Source of the DNA: Mobula hypostoma
Lineage: Eukaryota
DNA: 64,000 nt
Assembly (NCBI RefSeq): GCF_963921235.1
Contig: NC_086097.1
Span: 39,062,001 to 39,126,000, forward strand
Direction: 5' to 3'
The position numbers were made by a program, and so were the translations under genes. This document shows, in pieces, positions 51,655 to 64,000 of this stretch. Within the stretch, counting starts at the first letter, position 1. Each line of letters starts with the position of its first letter. The notes under the pieces were generated by a model. The model made no database searches. It was given only the letters and a program-made list of their open reading frames with translations, and had not been told where the DNA came from.

Positions 51655-51756
51655 CTTAGTTTCAAAAAGGTGATTGTAGGCATTTATTAGCTGCTCCTTC
51701 TTTGCACTCTTGGCAACATTCTTGATGTTTCCCATTAACTTATGTTCACCTAGAAA
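51655..51756 (-). CDS. FKBP3: FKBP3 exon 2 ([16 protein letters not shown]...HLFETK)
   Basis: TAG and AAG|GTAAAG sites; N-terminal basic helix bundle sequence. Confidence 0.95.
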
Positions 51757-51959
51757 CTATTATCAAAAAAGTAACTTTGAATATCTTTCTCAAAATAAAT
51801 AGACTAACAGCTAACGTTCTCGCATACCTAATCCTTTTATATTTAAAACTTAATTTTATTATTTTCAATGTATAAAATTTGCAAAGTAACTTTTGCATTG
51901 GAAGTATCAAATCTACTATAACATCCAGTAACTTTACAACACCACACACGAAATACTGT

Positions 51960-52420
51960 ACGATCAGACTCGGTGCAATCGATCGGGGGTCTCGGCAGTT
52001 CTGCAGCAGCTGGCGGGACAAGGCCAAACCATGTGCGGTTTCGCCGAACCTTTGGGAGCCCCCGCTGCCGCCGTAGCTGCTCACCGGGTCCGAGGCATTC
52101 TGCTGCAAAAACTGGATGATGTCCTTTTTAGCCACTTCCTCGCTCCGCAGCTGCTCATCGGTCCACTGCCTCGCTGGCTCCGCGGCCATCACCGTCCGCC
52201 GTCTCCCACACTGGCAGGCTGAGGCTCATCCTCGCAAGCCCACGGACACCGCCACCCGGAACAGCGCCACCCAGCGGCCGCCATCCCGGGAAGGCCCGCC
52301 GGGCTCCAGTCAAACTCCCAGCGGAAAGCGTTTCCCGCTCTTTCCAAAATCACTCCTGTGGGGTGCAGATGCATCGTAAGGGTACTGGAACAACAACGAT
52401 GTCGGAGAACTTTGGCTTAG
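51960..52420 (-). promoter_or_regulatory. FKBP3: CpG island over the FKBP3 promoter and first exon
   Basis: Local high GC and CpG content in an AT-rich, CpG-poor background. Confidence 0.7.
52085..52189 (-). CDS. FKBP3: FKBP3 exon 1 (MAAEPARQWTDEQLRSEEVAKKDIIQFLQQNASDP)
   Basis: ATG at 52189, CCG|GTGAG donor; spliced CDS 678 nt = 225 aa. Confidence 0.95.
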
Positions 52421-52856
52421 GTGCCGCTCTGGGAGCTCATAGATGCAATGATGGACAAAATCATGTTTACTTTGATCCTGCCTGACCCACTGAGTTCTTC
52501 CAACACTCTGTGTGCCCTCCTTTCTTGAAGATGGTCGCGACTAGAGAATTTCTGAAGTTCCCTGATAATCCTCCTTTGGACCATCAGATTGAGGATTCAT
52601 GACTGGAGATATCTTTTTGTCCCAGGCCTTGCCAACTTAAAGTTGCCTCACCAAGACATTGGTGAGGCCAAATTTGGATGGAGTACTGTGTGCAGTGTTT
52701 TTCAAGTCGTCACTTTTTGTCATTTCGACCATCACTGCAGGTACAGTACACAGTAAAAACGAGACAACGTTTTTCAGGTTTTGGTCATCTACCTACAGGA
52801 AAGATGTAAATAAGGTTGAAAGAGTACAGAGAAAATTTACAATGTTGCTGGAGTTC

Positions 52857-54275
52857 CAGTGCTTATAGAAAGTATTCACCCCTCTTGGAAGTTTTCATGT
52901 TTTATTGTTTTACAACACTGAATCGCAGTAGATTTAATTTGGCTTTTTTTTGACACTGATCAACAGAAAAGTCTCTTTTGTGTCAAAGTGAAAACAAATT
53001 TCTACAAATTGGTCTAATTTATTACAATTATTAAACACAAAATAATTGATTCCATAACTACTCATCCCCTTCAAGTCAGTATTTAGTTGATGCACCTTTG
53101 GGTAGGTCTCTATCAGCTTTGCACATCTAGACTGCAATTTTCCCCTCTCTTCTTTACAAAACAGTTCAAGCTCTGTCAGGTTGCATGGGGATAGTGAAGG
53201 TACGGAACTTTTCAAGTCCAGCCACAAATTCTGAATTGGATTGAGGTCTGGACTCTGATTTGGCCACCCCAGGGCATTAAGTTTGTTGTTGTTAAGCCAT
53301 TCCTGTGTAGCTTTGGCTTTATGCTTGGGATCATTGTCTTGCTGGAAAACAAATCTTCTCCCAAGTCACAATTCTCTTGTAGACTGCATTAAGTTTTCCT
53401 TCAGGAATTCCCTGTATTTTGCTGCATTCATTTTATCCTCTACCTTCACAAGCCTTACAGGGCCTGCTGCAGTGAAGCATCACTACAGCATGATGCAGCC
53501 ACCACCATGCTTCATGGTAGGGATGGTGGGTTTTTGGTGATATGTGGTGTTTGGCTTACGCCAAACATTGCATTTAGTCTGATAGACAAAAAACTCAATT
53601 TTGGTTTCATTAGCTGGCTTCAGAGTCTCTCACATGCCTTCTGGAAAATTCCAGCTAAAATTCCATGTGAGTTTTTTTTTCAACATTGGTTTTCCCTTTG
53701 CCACTCTCCCATAAAGCTATGACTGGTGAAGCACCCAGGCAACAGTCGTTGTATGCACAGTCTCTCCCATCTCAGCCACTGAAGCTTGTAACTCCTCCAG
53801 AGATGTCATAGTTCTCTTGGTGGCCTCTCTCATTAGTCCCTTTCTTGCACGGTCACTCAGTTTTTGAGGATGACCTGCTCTAGGCAGATTTACATCTATG
53901 CCATATTCTTTCCATTTCTTGATGATTGACTTAACTGTACTACAAACGGATATTTAGTGACTTGGAAATTTTCATGTATCCACCTCCTGACTTGTGCTTT
54001 TCAATAACCTTTTCATGGAGTTGCTTGGAGTGTTCTTTTGTCTTCATGGTGTAGTTTTTGCCAGGATTCTGACTCACCAGCAGTTGGACCTTCCAGGTTC
54101 AGGTGTATTTTTACTACAAACAATTAATTCACCTTGACTGCATACAGGTCTCCAAAAACAAATCTCCGTTTAACTAATTATGTGACTTCTAAAACCAATT
54201 GACTACACCAGTGATGATTTGCTGTGTCATATTAATGGGGGTGAATACTTATGCAATCAATTATTTTGTGTTTTA
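52857..54275 (-). mobile_element. Degenerate Tc1 copy, same family as 8258-13229
   Basis: CAGTGCTTATAGAAAGTATTCACCC end; WLDLK...RCAKLIETYP; the other TIR is truncated at a MITE. Confidence 0.85.
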
Positions 54276-54692
54276 TGAGGGGTGATTGCCAAGTTTGTGG
54301 CCTAAGGTAGAAGGAGTAAATGACCTCCAGAAAGTGTCCACAGCAGGGGTGATTGATAAGTTTGTGGCCTAAGGTAGAAAGAGATGAGTTATTGACTTCA
54401 AACTTTCTGCATAATCACTTAAAGAGTTGAACTGCACGTGCATTTAATGAGAGCTGTATAACTCATACTCATCTCCTTCTACCTTAGGCCACGAACTCAT
54501 CAATCACCCCTGCTGTGGACAACTTTTGGAGGTCCAAGACGCCGACTTCTACAAAGAAGGGACCCGTATGCTCCATGACCGCTGGAGTAAGTGTGTAAAT
54601 GTAGGAGGGGACTATATTGAAAAATAACTCTGCTAGGTTTTCTAAAATTGACTCCTTCTACCTTCGGCCACAAACTTATCAATCACCCCTCG
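54276..54692. mobile_element. Mariner-derived MITE with doubled TIRs
   Basis: TA-flanked ~41-bp TIRs (C/T)GAGGGGTGATTG...GTAGAAGGAG; internal second TIR pair; transposase end FYKEGTRMLHDRWSKCVNVGGDYIEK*. Confidence 0.88.
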
Positions 54693-55761
54693 TAGATTAA
54701 GACTTTATTCATTGGAACGTAGAAGATTGGGAGGAGATTTGATAGAGGTATACAAAATTATGAGGGGTATAGGTATGGTAAATGCAAGCAGGCTTTTTCC
54801 ACTGAGGCTGGCTGAGACTACAACTAGAGGTCATGGGTGAAGTGTGAAAGGTGAAAAAGTTTATAGGGAACATGAGGGGAAACTTCTTCACTCAGAGGGT
54901 TGTGAGAGTATGGAACGAGCTGCCAGCACAAATGGTGCATGCAAGCTCGATATCAATGTGTAAGAAACATTTGGGTAGGTGCATAGATGGTAGGGGTATG
55001 AAGGGCTATGGTTCTAGTGCAGATCAATGGGAGTAGGCAGTTTAAATAGTTTGGCATGGACTAGATGGGCTGAAGGGTCTGTTTCTGATCTGTATTTTTG
55101 TATGACTGTGACTCTAACTTGTTGTCAATCACCGTGTGTGAGGTTGGTGTAATGTGGGGTCTGGGCTCTCATGTCCAGAACAGAATTATAGTTGAAGAGG
55201 TCTTCAAAGTGTTACTTCTGTCAGGAATTTACTGACTTCTTGATATGATATGTTCCCTGATATGTTCATCCCTATGGCTGGCTCCCAGTGGAATGGGACA
55301 TTTAATGTTTGGGCTGTAGATAGCCACGAGAGTATTGATAAACGTGCACATACCAGAGCCTCTTGTGCTCTCTCCACATCTATCTGTGCATTAGGTCATC
55401 TGCTGGCCCTGTGCCTTCAAGCACTTGTAAAGGTCCTTCTTATCCCCTTGAATCAAAGGAATGGGAGAGCTTTCAATACAAGAACATATGAAGTTAATTA
55501 GTTCCTTTGCCTTGGTAATTTCAGAGAGGTCTTTCTGCTTTCTGCCGCAGGGACTGTCATCAGAAGTCTCTTTCTAAACTGCTTCCTCCCAGTGGCTGAA
55601 GAACTGGCCCCCAATTTGCCGTGTGCATTGCACGTATCCAGTTGCCCACTGGACATAATCTTAAATTGTTCATCGCAGGAAGCTGTATGAGTCACTATCT
55701 TTGGACACCTTGGTACACACTCCTCAATTTCTTCTGCCCCCAAAATTTGTCTGCATTGCAT

Positions 55762-55906
55762 TGTCACGTACCCCATGACGGGTCAAAGAACCAGCAGAAA
55801 TGGAAGACACTTTAGAGTCTGGCATTGCTATTCACTAATATTATCTATTAGTAATTACGCAATACAGTAGTATAAATGCAGGTATATCAGACAGGTTAGC
55901 AATGAT

Positions 55907-55963
<57 letters not shown>

Positions 55964-57167
55964 ATAGAAACCAAGCTTCTTCAAGCCTAGGGGTAAATGG
56001 ATACAGTCTTACGGTGATGAGTAAAGTTCAGTTCAGTTCATGGTATTGAGTCGAGTAGTGATGGAGAGAGATTTGTAATCCAGGGTAAATGTCGAGAGAA
56101 GGCAATTATGTCAATATTCCACAGATTCCACAACAGCAATACAAAATAACAATAGTAGTAGGTTTTTATCTCTGAAGTTGTTCCACTCCACATATGAAGT
56201 ATCACCGACAGTGATCTTCAACGAATATCCTTTTAACACAAGTGGTACCACACCCGAATTCAGCTACGGGTTATTCCAAAGTGGTGGCCACAGGGTACTC
56301 AAACAGAATCCACATATGGATTATCACCAACAGTAGCTTATCAGTAAGGGGACCCTCTTCAAGGGAACCAACCCCAAACACACAACGTGATAGCCACTTA
56401 TCCAGTTCCACGACATACAAAATAACTCCAACAGTGATTTGCCACAGGGGTGCCTTTCTTTAGTGAACTACCACACCCAAACAAGGGTAACAGACAAGTG
56501 GTATTCACAAAGGTACTCCCCTCACCAGAGAACCCACTCTTGTGGATTAACTACGTGACAGTCACACCTTCGTATTCGAATGGAACCCAAACTCACCCTT
56601 ACAGGCTACTTAGAGAAAGAGTCCAAACAGTGACCTCTTTGTCACTAGGTTTCTTTTGTTTCAAACCTTCCTCTTCCCTCTTCTCTTCCTTTAAAGTCAC
56701 CGAATGTGACCACAACAAAAGGAGACCGTCTTCTGTGGGTGAGTTATCAACCCAGGCGAGGGTTGGACACACGAATAACTTCCTACCAATCACACCTTTT
56801 CCGCACTGAGAGCCACTGATCGATTCACCTGACCAATCCTCCAAACACCCACCTTTCCGTGGGCACAACAGAGCTCATCCAGTGTCCAAAATCATGTGTC
56901 TGTCAGTCTATCAGCTGACCTTCTATTTATCTCACCATGCTGAACACCAGCTGCTATCAAGTAGCTTCTCCCTTCCCTCTTTGTAAGAACACAGAAGCTG
57001 GCAGTGTCCTTGCAAAAGTGTAAACATGCTGCAGAGAAACCACAACACCATCTCAAAGCAGTCTTCGCCTCTCTCTCTCTTAATAACAAGGTGTTTGTTT
57101 TGTACAACTCTCTCGTTTTTTAAAAGTATAGTCCATAAAAAAAAATGACCCCTAGGGGTACATAACA
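55762..57167. mobile_element. Probable solo LTR (1406 bp)
   Basis: TGTCACGTACCCC...GGGGTACATAACA inverted termini (TG...CA); flanks GCAT/GTAT (4-bp TSD, one mismatch); no coding motifs. Confidence 0.7.
55907..55959. repeat. (TA)n(TG)n compound microsatellite
   Basis: Read directly from the sequence. Confidence 0.95.
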
Positions 57168-57174
57168 GTATATT

Positions 57175-59672
57175 TACTTCATGAGGAGATGCAAGTCACG
57201 GTGATTGGAGAATGTGGGCCTGTCCTAGAGTTGGACGAATTTTTCAGGAGATAGTCACACTCATCAGGTTAACTGCCTCAAATTCGGTCTGTGGTCAGGG
57301 ACAAGAGGGTGTGACAGCGAGTGAGGTGGGTAGTGGGATCCAAGAGACAGTGCTGAAGGAGCCTCTGCCCTTGAGCTTGTCCAACAGGTCTGAGATTGGT
57401 GCTCTCTATTTGGATGGGGGGGGTGGGCTGTAGGAAGGATGGACAATCTAACTGTAGCACCGTAATTCTGGGAGCCATTCGGGATTCGGTGGGGGGGGAG
57501 GAGAGAAATGTAGTGGTAATTGGGGATTGTATTGTCAGGGGAATAGGCAGAGTTCTCTGACATGAGGATAGAGCATCCCAAAGGCTGACATGCCTGCCTG
57601 GTGTCCAGGTTCAGGACATCTTATCTGACCTGCAGAGGAATTTGCAGTGGGAGTGGAAAGATCTGGTTGTCGTGGTCCATGTGGGTTCCAACGACATAGG
57701 CAGAGTGAAGAAAGAGCTTCTGCTGAAGGAATTTGAGCAGCTAGGGACTAAATTAAAAAAGTAGAACCAAAAAGGTAGTAATCTCTGGATTACTACCTGA
57801 GCCACGTGCAGATTGGCATCGGGTCAAGAAGATTAGAGAGTTAAATGTGTGGCTCAAGGATTGGTGTGGGAGAAGTGGGTTTGAACTCATGGGAAATTGG
57901 CACCAGTATTGGGGAAGGAGGGAGCTGTGCCAATGGGACGGGCTCTACCTGAAGTGTGATGGGACCTGGATCCTAGCGAATCGCATAAATAGGACTGTGG
58001 ATAGGGCTTTAAACTAAATGGTGGGGGGCGGGGGTTTCAACAGATTGGAGAATTATGGATAAAGTAAAAGAGGATAAAGATAAAGTAAAAGCAAAAGATA
58101 AAAAAAGAGACAAGTAAGAGTGGAGTGATGAGTCAAGAGAAAAGGATTACAAGAGTTTAAAAGCACAATGTAAGGGCACTTGGTCTGAATACCCGTAGTA
58201 TTCGAAACAAAGTCGGTGAACTTGTGGCACAAATCAGTATGATTTAGTGGCCATTACAGAAACATGGTTGCAGGGTGGAGAGGATTGGGAATTAAATATC
58301 CAAGGATATCAGGTAGTATGGAAGGACAGGCAGGAAGGTAAGGGACGTGGGGTAGCGCTCTTAATTAAGATGAGATCAGGGCGATAGAGACGATATAAGA
58401 TCTTAGGATCAGAATGTTGAATCCATCTGGGTAGAGATTAGGAATAGTAAAGGGAAAAATCACTGGTGGGAGTTGTCTGTTGGCCACCGAATAATGACAT
58501 TACAGTGGCACAGGCAATAAACAGAGAAATATCTGAGGCATGTAAGACTGGAACAGCAGTTATCATGGGGGACTTTCATTTGCACATAACTTGGGTGAGT
58601 CAAGTTGGTCAAGACAGTCTCGGGGAGGGCTTCATAGAAAGCATCCATGATTGCTTTCTTGAACAGCATTTTGCTGAACCTACAAGGGAACGTGCTATCT
58701 TAGATCTGGTTCTGTGCAACGAGGCAGGTAAATTTAGTGATCTTGTAGGTAGGGATCCTATTGGAAAGAGTGATCACAGTATGACTGAGCTTCTCATACA
58801 ATGGAGGGGGCAATAGTTTGATCTAAAACCAATGTATTATGCCTAAACAATGGAGACTACAATGGGATGAGGGAGGATTTGGCTAGTGTAGACTGGGAAC
58901 ACAGGCTATATAGTGCGACGATTTTCGAAGAGATTTTTCATGGTGCTCAACAAAAGTATATTCTAGTTAAAAACAAGGACAGTAAGGGTAGGGAGAGCCA
59001 GTCTTGGATAACTAAGGAAATAAAAGAAGTCATCAAACTAAAAGCTTGTGCGTACAAAGTTGGCAAGAAGTGGGAAACTGGAAGATTGGGAAAACTTTAA
59101 AAAGCAACAAAGAACCACTAAGTGAACAATAAAGAAAGGGAAGATAGATTATGAAAATAAACTAGCACAAAATATAGAAAAAGTTTTTATAATTATATAA
59201 AGCAGAAAAAGGTGGTGGCTAAAGTGAACGTAGGTCCCTTGGCATACGAGAAGGGGGAATTGATATTGGGTAATGAGGAAATGGCTGAGGCTTTGAATGA
59301 CTATTTTGAGTCAGTCTTCACTGTGGAGGATACGTCTAACATGCCAAAGAGAGATGTTATGGATGCGATGGGAGGTGAGGACCTCGATACAATAGTTATC
59401 ACTAAAGAGGTAGTGCTAAGCAAACTCGTGGGCCTGAAAATAGACAAGTCCCCTGGTCCTGATGGAATTCATCCTAGGATACTGAAAGAAATGGCAGAAG
59501 TTATAGTAGAGGCTTTGGTGATGATTTACCAAAATTCTCTGGACTTCTGGGCAGGTTCCGGCAGATTGGAAGACAGTGAATCTCATGCCAATGTTCAAAA
59601 AAGGATGTGGGCAGGTAATTATTGGCCAGTTAGTTTAATATCTGTAGTTGGGAAAATGCTTGAGGCTAATTA
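57175..59672 (+). mobile_element. CR1 LINE 5' part: ORF1 SGNH-esterase remnant plus ORF2 endonuclease and start of RT
   Basis: VVVIGDCIVRG, VVVHVGSNDIG, WDGL; then ITETWL, GDFH, KSDH, KSPGPDG; stops abruptly. Confidence 0.85.
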
Positions 59673-59779
59673 AGGTGTTCTAATCTCTTTAACACTGTCT
59701 TGAGATTTTGGTGATGTTCTTTGGTCCCTAGCTTTCAGCCAGAGACCAGATGCAGATGTTACTCCAAAATTAAGCCTAT

Positions 59780-61651
59780 TATAGTGATAAAACCCTTTGT
59801 CAGTGTTTATGACGAGAAACACTTCGGACTCTTCTTCCATCTCCATCTGTAGATAGGCCTCAGCTGAAATTCTTCATCAGAAAGGTTTGCAAAGAAGTCC
59901 TCCATCTTGAGCAGAGAGTATTGATCTAATTTCAGTACTGGGTTGATGGTGACCTTGAGATCACCACAGATCCTGACAAACCCATTCACTGGCATTGCAC
60001 TCAACCTTGGAAAGAATTCCTTCGGCCTCCATGCAATCTTGCTCACTGGCTGCTTTATCACGGATGGTACAAGGAACCAAATGGGCTTTGTAAATCTTGG
60101 GTGTGGCATTTTCATTTAACACTATTTTACTCTTGGTATGTTTGAGTTTTCCAATGACACCCTTGAACACCGTTGTGGCATCATTCAGTACCTTTCTTAA
60201 TTCACTTTCAGTTGACTTTCTTGCAGGGGACGTGGCATGCAAATTGTGGATGGATCTCCAATCAAGTTATAGTTGTCTCAGTCACTCACAGCCCCACCAT
60301 GCTGGCCCTCCTGTTTTACTACATACAAGCTCAAAGTGGCTTGTAGGTTGTTGTGTTTCACTGTTACAAATGTCATTCCCACAGGAGTTATCTTTTTTTT
60401 CAGTATAAGTTCTTAGCTGAATATCTGCAGGCTTTAGTTAAGTATTTTTGAAATGTCATTCAGACTCATTCTGTGGAATGACTGACACAGCCAAGCCAGT
60501 GTCCAATTCCATTTTAATTAATTTGCGGTTCACTTCTGACGTAAGCTATATTGCTTGTCTATTGTTTGCTTTCACATTGTAAATCTAAAGGCTATCCAGT
60601 TCTGTGTCACTCTCATCATTATCAAAATTTTCATCAGCAATATGCAGATTAGCGCTCTTCTTGAAACTGCAACTTGAATGTTTATCTTTTTTCTCTTCCC
60701 TGTGAAGTGTGCCCAACATGCTCTTTTATGCATCCTACTTTGTTGCATTATTTGCAAGTTTCACCTATAAACCCACATTAGTCTGGTATATGTGAAATCT
60801 TGCCACAACAGAAATACAATTTGTTCAGCCAGGCAGGTTTCTTTTTAAACATTGCAGTTTTGTTCACACTCACTTCCATTCCTGACTGCAACTCAATTGT
60901 GTTTCTGTCCACTGTTTCCATTGATACAGCTATTTCAACTGCTCTTTTAAATGTGAGTTGTGCTTCAGGTAGGAGCTTTCTTGTAAGATTCCACAAACTA
61001 AGTGATCTCTCAATGCATCATTAAGCACAACACTGAACTGACATTCCTCAGATAATCTCTTCAATTCAGTCACATAAGCTGAAATGGACTTCCCTTCCTT
61101 TTGATTCCGCTTATGAAATCAAAAGTTCTGCAATCAACAATGATTTTCATTCTAAGTGTTCCTGCATTACTTTCATGATATTAGCAAAGCTCATTTCAGT
61201 TGGTTTGGTTGGTGCAGTGAAATCTCTAAGCAAACTCCTATGTTCTCTGATTAATTACACTGAGTAACACTGGCATTTGTTATGCATTGCCTATTTCATT
61301 TGTTTCAAAATACTGCTCAGTTGTCTCAATATACATATTCCATTTACGTGTTGTTCAATTGAACACATCTATCTTTACAATGTAGCCAGCTATTACTGTT
61401 TTTCCTTGTTTTATTTATTATTATTATTATTATTATCAGCCAGTACTCACGGTTTATGAATCCATGAATTTCATCCATTTTCTGCCTTTTTTCTAGCTCA
61501 ACCATCTCTCTCTCCTTCTTCTGAAGAGACACATGCTGTGCTGCTTTTTAAAAAAACTCAAACATCTCGCTGTGCTTCTGAAGAAAAATGTGCTGTGGTT
61601 CAACAGGTAGGTAGTTGTCTTGGATTCATTTTAAAACTTACTCATTACCAC
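59780..61651 (-). mobile_element. Decayed Ty3/Gypsy gag-pol fragment
   Basis: LTFKRAVEIAVSME (gag), MELDTG (protease), VRICGDLKVTINPVL (RT start). Confidence 0.85.
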
Positions 61652-61893
61652 TGTTATGTTTTGTAACTCCAAAACAAAAGTAATTAAAAGACAAACAGAG
61701 CTGGGAATAATGTGTCTACTTCGTTCTTACTTTGGTGAGGCACACACTTATGATGTGGTAGAATCGTGACGTATGAAATTTACATAATTTTACCTATAAC
61801 TCACAAAGAATTATGTAAATAAACAAAGAATGCTTAATCAAACAACATATTCACAATATTATTCAAATATTACTGACATATTAAGTACATATT
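61652..61893 (-). mobile_element. Probable 5' LTR of the Gypsy remnant
   Basis: Minus strand reads ...CATAACA followed by a PBS-like GTGGTAATGAG; far boundary uncertain. Confidence 0.5.
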
Positions 61894-63258
61894 AGCAGAC
61901 AGTGGGTTAAAAATTCATGAAAATCGAGGCAGCAGTCTGGACAGTTGCAGGATGTTCTGCATTGTTTCACTTACTGTGAAGAGGTTTGCAGCATATTGAA
62001 GCTTATGAAAGTATGTGCTTGGCTCACTTTTAATCATTTTGTATATATAGTTTAAGAGCAGAGAGATTAAATTATTTAGAATTCATCAAAAAAGTTATAA
62101 GTCAACATGAATAAAGACTACTAATTTACTATTTATGACAGCTTACTATAGTTTACTGATATCATTTACTGACAAAATAGTCCCAGTGGCTGGTAACTAT
62201 GAAATGTTGGACGAAACCTCATCTATGATAGATGTCTATAATATGTTATGCTATTAGAAAACTAATTCTACAGGGAACAGGTATAGAGACACACTAATCT
62301 ATTTTTTATTAATTACTGTCAACAGATCTTTCCTGAATTTATATGAACATTTGTTTTTATTTGAAGTGATAATTACTTAATTTCAGCTGATTTGTCAACA
62401 AAAAATATGAAAATAAAGAAATCTACAAATAAACAGGATATGTTTTCCTGGATATTTTGCTGTTTTCTAATCGGAACATTAATTACAGATGGATGCCTTA
62501 GAATTCTTCACTACACTGATGCAGGATTGTGCATTCTGGGAGAGCAAGTTTGACTTGATCTCTTAAGATCAGGAGCTCTAATTACGTTAGAAGAGAAGAA
62601 CCACCTTGTCTAAAATTAATAAGCGTAATCTGTATTATCAGCATTTTTTGGACCAATTTCGGCACATGCAGGGATTTATAACTTTCTTCCCGTATTCTCC
62701 ATTGTCCTGTATTTTATGTTGCACATTATCCTCAAAGAACTTGCTAGCTTCTACCTTTGTTATACCCTTCTGACTTTGTATGTTTCGGACAGAGAGTATC
62801 ACTTCACAGAAGATGTTGTGCAGAATAGGCTCATTAGACCAGTTTAATTTTTAATATATTTCTGTATGTATCTTGGATTTTTGAATGTATTTTGGATCTT
62901 GAAAACCATCAGTTTTTTTTCCCAAAACTCAAATCTTGCTTTCACTATGAGTTGCTTGTATCACTTCTTCCCAATGTTCTCTATTGAAATATTTGCTTAA
63001 CTTTTAGTTTTCTTTTCTGTTTGGCTTAACGTTCTTATACATATGGCCAGGAAGTGTGGTGTAGAATCATTCTCATTCAATGTAGTTACTTCTGCTGTTG
63101 TGACAAATTAATGTGTTTTTACAGCTATTGGTAGATCGCCTGTGTATTCTCACCAATTTATGAAATTAATGATGAAATAATTATCAAGATTATTAGATTT
63201 ATCATTTTAAGCTCTAAAATTGAAGAATAGCCTGAATTATTCTAGATACATGTTAGAT

Positions 63259-63459
63259 TCAAGGAGAGCGTTTCTTTGATGGATCTTTTATTCTTCCAAG
63301 AAAGAGGATGTTGTTTGTATTCTCTTCATAGATGATGAGGAGGAATGGTCTATTGAACCTGATTGAAGAATGAGAGGACAATGGAACAATTTTTACGTCA
63401 GTGACTGCAGCTGCTTCAGTGGCCTTTTCATCGATGTCCAGCGCTGCCTTATGAGTAAC
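63259..63459 (-). CDS. Last exon of an alpha-1-antitrypsin-like (clade A / group V2) serpin: VTHKAALDIDEKATEAAAVTDVKIVPLSSHSSIRFNRPFLLIIYEENTNNILFLGRIKDPSKKRSP*
   Basis: Hand translation; TTTCATCAG phase-0 acceptor; hinge, FNRPF signature and ILFLGRI.DP; not in the ORF track. Confidence 0.93.
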   Translation of the reverse strand, partial: VTHKAALDIDEKATEAAAVTDVKIVPLSSHSSIRFNRPFLLIIYEENTNNILFLGRIKDPSKKRSP

Positions 63460-64000
63460 CTGATGAAATGAAATTTTAAAAATAAGTTACATTTCCTATG
63501 GTGAAAATGTGTTGTAACTTAAGATGTGATTTGATTTTGCTGGCTTAAGCCCTTCTCTGATGTTTAGAAAAGGTTTGACATGCAAAGCAATTAGTAATGT
63601 GTAGTAATATAACTTCGTAAAAGAGGCCTTTTAGCTCATAATGCAATCTGCCATATTCCCTGCTTCTCATAAACTTTCTTGGTCTGCTTTTTTTCCCCCG
63701 TGTTTGGTTGGGAATTTCTCAGTGCATTTCCATTTTGACCGACTTAACATTGATGAGTTTTTGTCAAGATAGACCTGGGTAATTTCTGAAATATTTAATT
63801 ATGTTTCCTCTATGAAGGCACATTAACCTAAACTATTCCCATGTTCCAACAAACCTCAGCATAAGTGAAACTCTCATAATGTTGATCTTCACTCGCCATG
63901 ATATTAGCCTGAAATGTCTATGAAAGTGTAAGCATTTCTGCATGAAACTATTAACATTGACATACATTATGTAAGTTTTGTATAATTTATGTTAATTCAA

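Larger units (their letters stand above)
52650..55115 (+). mobile_element. CR1 3' fragment split by Tc1 and mariner insertions
   Basis: VRPNL...YRKDVNKVERVQRKFT before 52857; resumes at 54695 and includes GNFFTQRVVRVWNELP. Confidence 0.7.

Noticed and set aside
51746..52192. 148-aa ORF taken as a full protein
   Set aside because: Only 35 codons are FKBP3 exon 1; the rest is intron read-through
55200..55761. Coding-looking segment before the solo LTR
   Set aside because: The frames I examined have frequent stops and no motif I recognise
62400..63200. A-rich minus-strand stretch considered as MIS18BP1 or FANCM exons
   Set aside because: No long ORF in the track and no recognisable motif; more likely serpin 3'UTR or intergenic DNA

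Overview
Eukaryotic, intron-rich vertebrate DNA. The CR1/Rex1/Penelope/Tc1 repeat mix suggests a cartilaginous fish, probably a ray (inference only). Host genes were reconstructed by hand from splice sites: the last seven coding exons of PRPF39 (+, 4190-20779, one GC-AG intron); a complete FAU gene (FUBI-eS30, 133 aa, +, 37513-40370); a complete FKBP3/FKBP25 gene (-, 52189-42337, 225 aa, last intron U12-type); and the last exon of an alpha-1-antitrypsin-like serpin (-, 63459-63259) that the ORF track missed. Much of the remaining sequence is transposon-derived: CR1, Rex1-like and L1-like LINEs, three Tc1 copies, Harbinger and mariner MITEs, Gypsy remnants, SINEs and a near full-length Penelope-like element. 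Leads: minimal hammerhead ribozyme motifs in the Penelope repeats (one sense-oriented in an FKBP3 intron), candidate poison exons in PRPF39, a diverged eS30, an NRF1-like motif array at the FAU promoter, a serpin where human has FANCM, and small inversion scars. Family names come from motif recognition, not database searches.
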